A stretch of 64,000 nucleotides of DNA from Patescibacteria group bacterium (lineage in GTDB: Bacteria > Patescibacteriota > Microgenomatia > UBA10105 > UBA927): positions 83,581-147,580 of the forward strand of contig JBMOPU010000012.1 in the NCBI GenBank assembly GCA_049322955.1, written 5' to 3'. The notes beneath the pieces were generated by a model. That model saw only the letters and a list, made by a program, of their open reading frames with translations, ran no database searches and had not been told where the DNA came from. This document shows positions 47,324 through 55,207 of the stretch, piece after piece; position 1 is the stretch's first letter; the number at the start of each line of letters is the position of its first letter. The position numbers and the translations under genes were made by a program.

Positions 47324-48514
47324 ATGACGCCGTTTCGTCCGGGAAACATTGTTTTATCCCGCAACTTCCTGACCATTCTCCTTGCTATCCTTGTTTTTTT
47401 TGGTGTCGTCGGCATGATTGCGAGTGTGATCGGGGTGTGGCAGGGAAGAAACCGTGCGTTGGAAGTACAAAAAAACCAAGCGCAGGAGGAAATTAACCGC
47501 CTGATAGGCGTCATTACGCGCATCACCAACGAAGATCAGTATGTGCGAAATGACCGATTGCAGGATGAACTCACGAATATCCAAAAAACCTATCGCCAGG
47601 CAACGATCGTGTATGAGGAGCTTGTTGATTTGCGCGCGCTCACCCGTGATACGAGAGTCCTTGATGAACGGTTTGCGCATATACTCGGCAAGCTTGCCGA
47701 AAGACAATGGGCAACCGCCTCAGCCGACATTATTCTTCTCACGGGCGATATCGCCGCGGCAAAAGCAAAAATTGCGGCAAGTTTTGCCATTCCTGCAAAT
47801 GTTCCCGAAAACAATACGGCGCCGCAGACAGGGTATCGTCGTCAGGTGGTCAAACTTGATATCGGAGAGTATCTGGTCGATATTGTCGCCGCCGATATGA
47901 ACTCGACCCGTGTGATTGTGGATACGGCATCTGAGGCGACGTGTACTCGAGATTGTCCCGTACTTTCCCTCGGTGAGTATGTAGCCAGAAACAATGCCTT
48001 TGCCGGAATTAACGGTTCGTATTTTTGCCCCGCGGATTACCCGAGCTGTAGTGAAAAGAAAAACTCTTTTGACACGCTTCTTATGAATAAGAACAAAGTG
48101 TATTTCAATTCCGACAATAACGTATATAGCACGGTTCCCGCGGTAATTTTCCTCTCCGGCTCTATGCGGTTTGTCGGAAGGTCGCTGGAATGGGGGAGAG
48201 ACACCAGCCCCGACGGCGTGCTTGCCAACCAACCGTTACTCCTTTCCGGGGGCAGTGTCACCTTCGGCGGGGATACGGATCCCAAAAAAGGGAGCAAGGG
48301 AACACGGGGATTTGTCGGCAACAAAGGGTCGGTAGCCTATATCGGCGTCGTTCATAATGCGACGGTCGTTGAGGTTGCCCACGTGTTGAAGACCATGGGA
48401 TTGGAAAACGGATTAAACCTCGACAGCGGTGGTTCAACGGCGCTGTGGAGCGGGGGATATAAGGCAGGGCCGGGGAGAGGGATTCCTAATGCCATCTTGT
48501 TTGTCAGAAAGTAA
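47324..48514 (+). CDS. Phosphodiester glycosidase-family protein (NAGPA/DUF2233 domain) with an N-terminal transmembrane segment and a coiled coil.
   Basis: C-terminal NAFAGINGSYF...GLNLDSGGSTALWSGGYKAGPGRGIPNAILFV, the family signature. Confidence 0.7.
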   Translation: MTPFRPGNIVLSRNFLTILLAILVFFGVVGMIASVIGVWQGRNRALEVQKNQAQEEINRLIGVITRITNEDQYVRNDRLQDELTNIQKTYRQATIVYEELVDLRALTRDTRVLDERFAHILGKLAERQWATASADIILLTGDIAAAKAKIAASFAIPANVPENNTAPQTGYRRQVVKLDIGEYLVDIVAADMNSTRVIVDTASEATCTRDCPVLSLGEYVARNNAFAGINGSYFCPADYPSCSEKKNSFDTLLMNKNKVYFNSDNNVYSTVPAVIFLSGSMRFVGRSLEWGRDTSPDGVLANQPLLLSGGSVTFGGDTDPKKGSKGTRGFVGNKGSVAYIGVVHNATVVEVAHVLKTMGLENGLNLDSGGSTALWSGGYKAGPGRGIPNAILFVRK

Positions 48515-48534
48515 TGAGGGTACAATAGCTGAGT

Positions 48535-49491
48535 ATGGACAATGAAGTGCCGCAAAAAACGTCACTCACGTATGAGGAGACGCCGATAATCGATCCTCAC
48601 TCCGGGCAAGTGCAGGAACATCCGCAATCAGATGAAGAAGCGCGGAATGTTATTCCCGAAGCCGCACAGGTTTTTGATGAACATGCGTCCGTCACGCTCC
48701 CGAAAAATGATCATACGAGTCCGCCCGAGACGCCGCATCAGAAACCCATGCGTCGCGGCGTGCACGCGGGTACGGTTTTGTTTATTGTTCTCCTTTTCGG
48801 ACTTGGCGTATGGCTTAGCGGACAAATTCGTTCGTTTTTTGCCCCGACAGTCAGTGATGAAATCGCTATCCCCACCTATGCACCCGCCAATGAAGATACC
48901 ACTGCTGAAACCACCACTGCGAGTCCTTCAGGTCTCAGTCCCGTACCGCTCGCGACGAAACGAATTGAGCAGATCATGAGCGGGGCCACAAAGAAACCAA
49001 TTCCCGGGTTGTCATATCAGTTGCCGAATGAAGTGAAAGCACCCGTATGTGATAACACCAGTTGTGCATCATACGGTACCTATCTCCCAGGCGGGACCCG
49101 TTTTACGGTTGCGCCGAGGGGAAAGGGACAACTGCTTCCTGATTTCCGTGGGGCAATTCTTACCGATGCCGCAGGGAGAGAATTTACGATGAAGCAGGCG
49201 ATGTATGCAGGGACACTTGCCTATGAATATGTCGGTAATTTTACGGGAAGAACGGGCGGGGGATACACATTCACTGCCATTCGCGGTGTGTTGATTCCCG
49301 TGTCCGAAACGCTTGCTATCGAATTTAATCACTTTGCCCCGTTGGGAATCACCAGTGATTTCACAAAAGATGAAGTTATCTTTAATGATATATTGGCTTC
49401 TTTTAGCAATACCGCGGCATCTTCTTCGGGGGCTCCTCTTCTTCAGCCTTCGCGAGTGCCGCAACAATCAACCACCTCGGGAAGTTTTTAG
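48535..49491 (+). CDS. Hypothetical single-pass membrane protein with an extracytoplasmic domain.
   Basis: 318 aa with a transmembrane segment (VHAGTVLFIVLLFGLGVWLSGQI) after an acidic N-terminal region. Confidence 0.4.
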   Translation: MDNEVPQKTSLTYEETPIIDPHSGQVQEHPQSDEEARNVIPEAAQVFDEHASVTLPKNDHTSPPETPHQKPMRRGVHAGTVLFIVLLFGLGVWLSGQIRSFFAPTVSDEIAIPTYAPANEDTTAETTTASPSGLSPVPLATKRIEQIMSGATKKPIPGLSYQLPNEVKAPVCDNTSCASYGTYLPGGTRFTVAPRGKGQLLPDFRGAILTDAAGREFTMKQAMYAGTLAYEYVGNFTGRTGGGYTFTAIRGVLIPVSETLAIEFNHFAPLGITSDFTKDEVIFNDILASFSNTAASSSGAPLLQPSRVPQQSTTSGSF

Positions 49492-49496
49492 TCGTC

Positions 49497-51722
49497 TTAC
49501 TTTGTCGGCCAAGGAGAAATAATAAGTGGCCGTGTGTTTTTTTGAGAAATCTTTCCCCAGATTTCCTCCGTCACAAAAGGCATAAACGGATGGAGTAACC
49601 CAAGGAATGTGAGCATGCCCTTCTCGAGAACGGCAAGCGATATCTCTCCCTTTTTCCGTTGCTCGATAGCGATATCGCAGTACCAATGCCAAAACTCATT
49701 GTGCACTGTTTCTGCGGCCAAACCGACACGATATGAATCCAAAAGCTGTGTCACATTCTCTGTAACATCGGCAAGTTTTTTGAGGAACTGTGTATCGCCA
49801 ACCTTCGGATGAGTATCATCAGTGCCCGCGTGTTGTTTTTCCAGCAACACATAGCGTGCGGCATTCCACACCTTATTAGAGAAATTACGCATACCGCGAA
49901 TCGTGTTTTCTCCCACCGCCTTATCCTGGCCGGGGGTTGAACTCATTATTAACGCGATCCGTATGGCATCAGCACCATACTTATCGACCATATCCAACGG
50001 ATTGATGACATTTCCTTTTGACTTACTCATTTTTTGACCCTTTTCGTCTCTGACGAGCCCGTGAAGATAAACGGTTGCAAACGGTGATTTCCCGGTGACG
50101 TACATGCCTAAAAGCATCATTCGCATGACCCAGATCGGCAAAATATCATACCCAGTCTCCATCACCGATGTCGGATAAAATTTTTCAAATACGGCAATGC
50201 CATTCGTCTGCAACGTTACGACAGGCCACTGACCGGACGAAAACCACGTATCAAACGTGTCCGTTTCTTGGATCCATAACCCGTCATCATTCGGCTGGGC
50301 AATGCTTACGACCCAGGGCGCACCGCCGTCTGCCCACGTGCCGACATCAAGGTGTTGGAGGTTTCTTTTAATGTATTCAAATCCGAACTCGTCAATCCAT
50401 TGGGAGAGGGGACCATGTTTTTGTTTCTTCTCGTGATCAAGGAAACTCACCAGTATTTGATGCTCATGTCCTCGTGCGTTGTACCACACCGGGATTCGGA
50501 TGCCCCAAACAATTTGTCTGCTTATATTCCAGTCGCGGATATTGGTAAGCCAATGCCGAAGTATTTTATCCTGACCCGCGCCTAATATCTTGGTTTCCCC
50601 AGAATCAAGTGCACGAAGCGCCCCTTCGACAAGCGGCTTAGTTTTGATAAAAAATTGGGTGAGCGGAAGTGGCTCGAGGACCGTCTTACAGCGATAGCAA
50701 ACGCCTACCGTATGAGTGTAGGCTTCACTGGGTTTGGCCAGTAGCCCCATTGCATCAAGATCCTTTTCAATAACCTCCCGCGCCGCCTTTACCTTCATGC
50801 CGGCATATTTTCCTGCTATCGACGTCAACTTGCCCTGTTTATCGATGACCTGCTTCGGTTCAGGAATCTCTCCGAGATGCCGTTGCCATACCTCAAAGTC
50901 GTTAAAATCGTGATATGGGGTGATTTTGACCACTCCCGTGCCAAACTCAGGGTCAACATACTCATCACCAATTACTTTCAGGGTAAATGACCCTAAGAGT
51001 CCGTCCACCGTGATCTCTTGACCGATATATTTTTTATATCGCTTGTCGGAAGGATGCACTGCTACTGCGGTATCGGCGAACTTTGTTTCCGGTCGGGTTG
51101 TGGCGAGCACAAACGGGCCGTATTTTATGTAATAAAGCTTTGTTGTTTCTTCTGTATGTTCCACCTCAAGTTCCGAATAGCCTGTGCCGCATTTGGTACA
51201 GTAGTTAATGAGTTTTTCCCCACGGTAAATAAGACCTTCCTTGTGGAGTGAAATAAAGGTTTCGAGCACGTTCGCCACGATATCGGGATCGAGAGTGAAT
51301 TTAAACTTCGTCCAGTCAGCTGAAGCCCCCAGCTTTTTCATCTGGTTGACCGCCACTCCTGAATTTTCCTGCACATAGTCCCAGATCATCCGGTACAGCG
51401 TTTCACGATCAAAATTAAAGCGGCTTTTATCTTGTTTAGCGAGCTTTTTTTCGAATACGAATTGCGTTTCAATACCCGCATGGTCAGTGCCGGGAAGCCA
51501 AAGGGAACTGTCTCCCTTCATCCGGTGATATCGAATCAGAATATCCTCAATGGTGATAAACATGGCATGTCCGATATGCAAGGGATCGTTTGCATTAGGA
51601 GGCGGCATAATGATGGAGAAAGGGGGAGCGCTTGGATCTTCTTTGGGCACAAAGTACCCTCCGGATTCCCACATCCGGTAGATGGCATCTTCACACGCTT
51701 TCGGATCAAAGTTTTTGTCCAT
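49497..51722 (-). CDS. valS: Valyl-tRNA synthetase (short form).
   Basis: N-terminal FDPKACEDAIYRMWESGGYF, HIGH (PLHIGHAM), KMSKS (QKMSKSKGNVI). The ATG at 51722 is preferred over the TTG at 51740 used in the ORF track. Confidence 0.85.
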   Translation of the reverse strand: MDKNFDPKACEDAIYRMWESGGYFVPKEDPSAPPFSIIMPPPNANDPLHIGHAMFITIEDILIRYHRMKGDSSLWLPGTDHAGIETQFVFEKKLAKQDKSRFNFDRETLYRMIWDYVQENSGVAVNQMKKLGASADWTKFKFTLDPDIVANVLETFISLHKEGLIYRGEKLINYCTKCGTGYSELEVEHTEETTKLYYIKYGPFVLATTRPETKFADTAVAVHPSDKRYKKYIGQEITVDGLLGSFTLKVIGDEYVDPEFGTGVVKITPYHDFNDFEVWQRHLGEIPEPKQVIDKQGKLTSIAGKYAGMKVKAAREVIEKDLDAMGLLAKPSEAYTHTVGVCYRCKTVLEPLPLTQFFIKTKPLVEGALRALDSGETKILGAGQDKILRHWLTNIRDWNISRQIVWGIRIPVWYNARGHEHQILVSFLDHEKKQKHGPLSQWIDEFGFEYIKRNLQHLDVGTWADGGAPWVVSIAQPNDDGLWIQETDTFDTWFSSGQWPVVTLQTNGIAVFEKFYPTSVMETGYDILPIWVMRMMLLGMYVTGKSPFATVYLHGLVRDEKGQKMSKSKGNVINPLDMVDKYGADAIRIALIMSSTPGQDKAVGENTIRGMRNFSNKVWNAARYVLLEKQHAGTDDTHPKVGDTQFLKKLADVTENVTQLLDSYRVGLAAETVHNEFWHWYCDIAIEQRKKGEISLAVLEKGMLTFLGLLHPFMPFVTEEIWGKISQKNTRPLIISPWPTK

Positions 51723-51973
51723 ATCTCTATTTAACCACAAAAAAAGGTACCGTTTTGTATAAGGACCCCGCCGTGGCGGGATGGTACCACCTTATTTGCT
51801 TCTCGTTTCTGCTATGACGGGCAACCCGTTCAACTTACTTCCTGTTCGGTTGAAAGCTTGTCCGAGGACTGGTCGGACTCAAACGCTTTTCATGATTATT
51901 ATACGGCAGGACACCTTTAGGTGTCAAAAAGCCGAAGGTGGGGGTATGTGGTATCGAATGGGGGAAAACGCGT

Positions 51974-52834
51974 TTAGAGCTCTTCAAGCTTTACGCGTTC
52001 GGTGTGTTTATCCGAGATAAATTCGAGATATTTTTCGGTGGTTGAAAGTCGTTTATGTCCGACAAGCTTACTGATCGTCGTAAGCGCGGTTCCCGACATA
52101 AGGTGATGGGCGATAAAGGTGTGGCGGAGGTCGTTGACCTTCGCGTCCTCGATACCAGCCACTTTAAAATAACGGTCAATTGCCGTGCGGATGTTGCGAA
52201 TGAGAAGCGGACGTCCGGTTTTTGTGATGAAGAGAGAAGAAGATTTCGCCTCGGCATTTCGTGCTTTACGCCAATTATCAAGCGCTTCTTTTGCGGCACG
52301 GTTTAACGGAACGGTTCGTTCTTCATGCCCTTCCTGAGCGGCAATGTGAAGCTCGGAATCTTTAACATCGGAAACGGCTAAGTTCGCCAGTTCACCGATC
52401 CGGAGGCCCGTTTGCAAGAAAAGCTCGACGATGGCATACGTGCGGATGTCACCCCGGCATGCATCACGGAGGGCACGGTATTCAAGCTTCGAGAGAATGC
52501 GCGGCGGTTTCACCTCATATTTCGGGTGTTCGATATCAGTTGCGGGATCCTGGGTAATACTTCCTGACGTTTTTAAGAAACGGTAAAACGTCTTCATTGA
52601 GTTGATCTTCCGGGAGATTGATTTCGGTGTGTAGCTATCGGCCGCTAGTTTTTTTAGAAAGGCCTCGAGCTCCTCTTTGGTAACGGTGGTGATGTCTTTT
52701 TTGCCGACGTTCGTAAGAAACGCCACTAACTGCTCAATATCCTTGCTGTATGCTACGATAGTTGCGTGGGCCCGCTTCCGCGAGGACAGATATTCCACAA
52801 ATTGCTTGTGAGCCGATTTCAAATCAAGTGTCAT
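51974..52834 (-). CDS. Tyrosine site-specific recombinase (XerC/XerD-like).
   Basis: 286 aa with an N-terminal SAM-like core-binding domain and C-terminal catalytic residues (...RHTFIAHHLMSG...LVGHKRLSTTEKY). Confidence 0.8.
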   Translation of the reverse strand: MTLDLKSAHKQFVEYLSSRKRAHATIVAYSKDIEQLVAFLTNVGKKDITTVTKEELEAFLKKLAADSYTPKSISRKINSMKTFYRFLKTSGSITQDPATDIEHPKYEVKPPRILSKLEYRALRDACRGDIRTYAIVELFLQTGLRIGELANLAVSDVKDSELHIAAQEGHEERTVPLNRAAKEALDNWRKARNAEAKSSSLFITKTGRPLLIRNIRTAIDRYFKVAGIEDAKVNDLRHTFIAHHLMSGTALTTISKLVGHKRLSTTEKYLEFISDKHTERVKLEEL

Positions 52835-52944
52835 GATATGTCCCTAAGGCAACATACACCGTTCAATTGAGGCAGGAAATTGAGGCGGTATGGAACCCGG
52901 TTATTGAAGCCTATAATATCATATACAAGACCAAAATACAACCT

Positions 52945-53277
52945 ATGAAGATCGCCCGTATTATCATCGCCGTTATTAGCCTCGGATTAGCCGTGTCGGC
53001 GGGCAGGACGATAGCCGAGTTATGGCAACAAAAGGGGAGGGTGGGCGACCGGGAGCGTGAACTGAACCGTATTCTCACGGAAAATAAACGGCTGGAATCT
53101 CAACTTGCCGATATGAAAGATCCTTCGTATGTTGAGCGGGTAGCGAGGGATCAGCTGGGCATGGTAAAAGAAGGTGAAGCGATCGTGATGTTGCCACAGG
53201 GGGGATCAAGCGCAGGCATAAGCGGCGGTGAACGGACACTGCCCGTCTGGCAACAATGGCTCAGACTTTTCTTTTAG
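52945..53277 (+). CDS. FtsB/DivIC-like septum formation initiator (single transmembrane segment plus coiled coil).
   Basis: Has MKIARIIIAVISLGLAV...LNRILTENKRLESQLADMKDPSYVERVARDQLGMVKEGEAIV. Confidence 0.6.
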   Translation: MKIARIIIAVISLGLAVSAGRTIAELWQQKGRVGDRERELNRILTENKRLESQLADMKDPSYVERVARDQLGMVKEGEAIVMLPQGGSSAGISGGERTLPVWQQWLRLFF

Positions 53278-53298
53278 TTTGGTATTCACCCGTACAAG

Positions 53299-53370
53299 TG
53301 CCAGCGGCAGGGATCGGACCTGCGACAAATGCCTTATGAAGACACTGCTCTACCACTGAGCTACGCTGGC
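53299..53370 (-). tRNA. tRNA with a CAT anticodon (elongator Met or lysidine-Ile type).
   Basis: Hand-folded 72-nt cloverleaf: acceptor GCCAGCG/CGCTGGC, D arm GCTC-AGTGGTA-GAGC, anticodon loop TTCATAA, T arm GCAGG-TCCGATC-CCTGC. CCA not encoded. Confidence 0.8.
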
Positions 53371-53592
53371 AAAATATTGGATACTGTCGGCCAAGGGCTG
53401 ATGAGCCATTGACCCAAACGCCACTGGCGCAAGTTTATGTATTTTATCAGATTGAGACGGGAAGACAACCTACGTATTGGGCCTCTCTTCGTGATACAAT
53501 ACCCCTATCTAGCCTTTCTGCTCGTATACTGTTCCCCGAAAGTTGAATAGGTACGTGATAGATAGGAAGTAAAGAGGAGGTGAATTGTAACT

Positions 53593-54024
53593 ATGGCAAC
53601 GAAATTGTTTGTTGGGGGACTTTCATGGGATACGACGGAAGACACACTTCGCAATCATTTTGCGCAGGTGGGTCAGGTAGCAAGTGCACAGGTGATTACC
53701 GATAAATTTACGGGAAGATCACGCGGATTCGGATTTGTTGAAATGACCAATCCCGATGATGCACAAAAAGCTATCCAGGATTTGAACGGCACACAGCTCG
53801 ACGGAAGATCCATTGTGGTCAACGAGGCAAAACCGATGGCCCCTCGTGAGAATCGGGGTGGTGGAGGATACCGTGGCGGTGGTGGTAGCGGCGGCGGATT
53901 TGGAGGTGGAAGAAGCGGTGGCAGAGGTGGATACGGAGGCGGAAGACGAGATGATCGTGGCGGACGCGGAGGATATGATCGACGCGACAATCACGGTGAT
54001 GATCGTGGAGGAAGAGATTGGTAA
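53593..54024 (+). CDS. RRM-type RNA-binding protein with a Gly/Arg-rich (RGG) C-terminal tail.
   Basis: KLFVGGLSWDTTE (RNP2) and RGFGFVEM (RNP1), followed by GGGYRGGGGSGGGFGGGRSGG. Perfect AGGAGGTG RBS. Confidence 0.85.
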   Translation: MATKLFVGGLSWDTTEDTLRNHFAQVGQVASAQVITDKFTGRSRGFGFVEMTNPDDAQKAIQDLNGTQLDGRSIVVNEAKPMAPRENRGGGGYRGGGGSGGGFGGGRSGGRGGYGGGRRDDRGGRGGYDRRDNHGDDRGGRDW

Positions 54025-54050
54025 CTCTGAAATTGCGTTATGAATAAAAT

Positions 54051-54078
54051 CACCCCGCCTAGGCGGGGTGATTTTTTA
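54051..54078. terminator. Bidirectional intrinsic terminator between the RRM gene (+) and the GIY-YIG gene (-).
   Basis: CACCCCGCC-ta-GGCGGGGTG stem followed by ATTTTTTAT, with an A-rich stretch on the other side. Confidence 0.7.
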
Positions 54079-54321
54079 TAGGGAAAGATGGAGTCGTTCA
54101 ATCTTTTGTTTGTGTGACCATGATTTAATTTCCCATTCCCTTCGCAATGCGTTCGATTTTGTTTCGCATGATTCGGTATAGATTACCGCAAGCGGGGGAT
54201 GGGTGCGGGTATACGCACCACCCTTTCCCTTTTCATGCATACGCGTGCGTTTTGCGAGATTGTTGGTAATGCCGGTATAAAGGCTGTTGCCGTTGCATCG
54301 GAGAATATAAACCGTCCACAT
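54076..54321 (-). CDS. GIY-YIG nuclease-domain protein (UPF0213/YhbQ-like).
   Basis: Has MWTVYILRCNGNSLYTGITNNLAKRTRMHEKGKGGAYT...REWEIKSW. The internal ATG at 54321 was chosen. Confidence 0.7.
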   Translation of the reverse strand: MWTVYILRCNGNSLYTGITNNLAKRTRMHEKGKGGAYTRTHPPLAVIYTESCETKSNALRREWEIKSWSHKQKIERLHLSL

Positions 54322-54378
54322 GGGGAAATTGTACGAGAAAGAACGAGCATTCGATAGTCCTCCCAATGAGGACATGAC

Positions 54379-54412
54379 AAAAAAAGACTCCCGAAAAAGG
54401 AGTCTTTTTTAT
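54379..54412 (-). terminator. Intrinsic terminator downstream of the tRNA at 54413-54485 (minus strand).
   Basis: AAAAAAAGACTCC-cgaaaaa-GGAGTCTTTTTTATT hairpin, flanked by A and T runs. Confidence 0.6.
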
Positions 54413-54485
54413 TGGTTGCGGGGCCGGGAATCGCACCCGGCCTAGGAGATTATGAGCCTCCTGTGCAACTTTACACTACCCCGCG
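54413..54485 (-). tRNA. Initiator-like tRNA-fMet (CAT anticodon).
   Basis: Hand fold: acceptor CGCGGGG/CCCCGCA with a C1:A72 mismatch, U8A9, anticodon loop CTCATAA, T arm CCGGG-TGCGATT-CCCGG, discriminator A, encoded CCA. The D loop is unusually short (6 nt). Confidence 0.65.
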
Positions 54486-54539
54486 GCACGAGTCGTACAA
54501 AATAATTATAACAGGTTACCCAGAGGCTGGCAAAGCTGG

Positions 54540-55004
54540 CTATATGGTCGGGGGAGAAGAGGGTCTCCGAAATGCCTTAATAAGCTTGGGCGCAATATAC
54601 ATGATAAGACCTGTTACCATTTGGATAAAAAATGCGATGGAAAAATAGGTGGCGACATCAAAATGGAGCACTCGTACTGACCCCTGATCGATACCTGTGA
54701 ACATCTGCGGATATTTCATGATACTGCCGGTTACCATTTGGATAATCCCCAGCACGATAACAAAAAGCATAGCCACGCGGTGCACTCTGCGGCTGTAATA
54801 GGAAAGTCTGCCGATGTCCATATCCGTATTGTAACAAAAAATAGTCATACCGTTTTGACGCGATATGGTATACTGGTCTCCACAAGTGAATAAAAGCGTC
54901 GATCCGGAGGGTTGGAACCGGGGAAAGCTGACTCTTAAATCAAGTACGGAGCCGAAACCGTAAAAAGTCTGGAACGAGTGTCGTAAATAAACGGAGCTCG
55001 TCAT
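54540..55004 (-). CDS. Hypothetical membrane protein with an internally repeated helix motif (IQMVTGxIMY).
   Basis: 154 aa with two hydrophobic helices sharing the motif (...VLGIIQMVTGSIMKY... / ...AFFIQMVTGLIMYIAP...). Confidence 0.35.
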   Translation of the reverse strand: MTSSVYLRHSFQTFYGFGSVLDLRVSFPRFQPSGSTLLFTCGDQYTISRQNGMTIFCYNTDMDIGRLSYYSRRVHRVAMLFVIVLGIIQMVTGSIMKYPQMFTGIDQGSVRVLHFDVATYFSIAFFIQMVTGLIMYIAPKLIKAFRRPSSPPTI

Positions 55005-55207
55005 GAATGAGATTTATCCTCACCTGACGTCCCGCTTGGCGGGATTTTTTGTAGGATAATAAAAGCAAGGTGGCAACGCCTTTTGTGAAGGCCCTTGCAA
55101 ATTTTTCACCATTTTATGGTGGATAATTTGCGAGGGCTTTTATTATGCCCTAGAAAAGGAGTTTCTTATGACAAAAGAAACATTGCATCGGCTGGTACAA
55201 AGCAATT

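Noticed and set aside
53673-54043. Three overlapping ORFs (two minus, one plus alternate frame) over the RRM gene's Gly-rich tail
   Set aside because: They are repeat-driven open frames over the (GGX)n region and are Pro-rich or Ala/Ser-rich with low complexity. The RRM reading frame is clearly the real one.
54412-54648. 78-aa plus-strand ORF
   Set aside because: It overlaps the initiator-like tRNA gene and its terminator and has no RBS. Most likely spurious.
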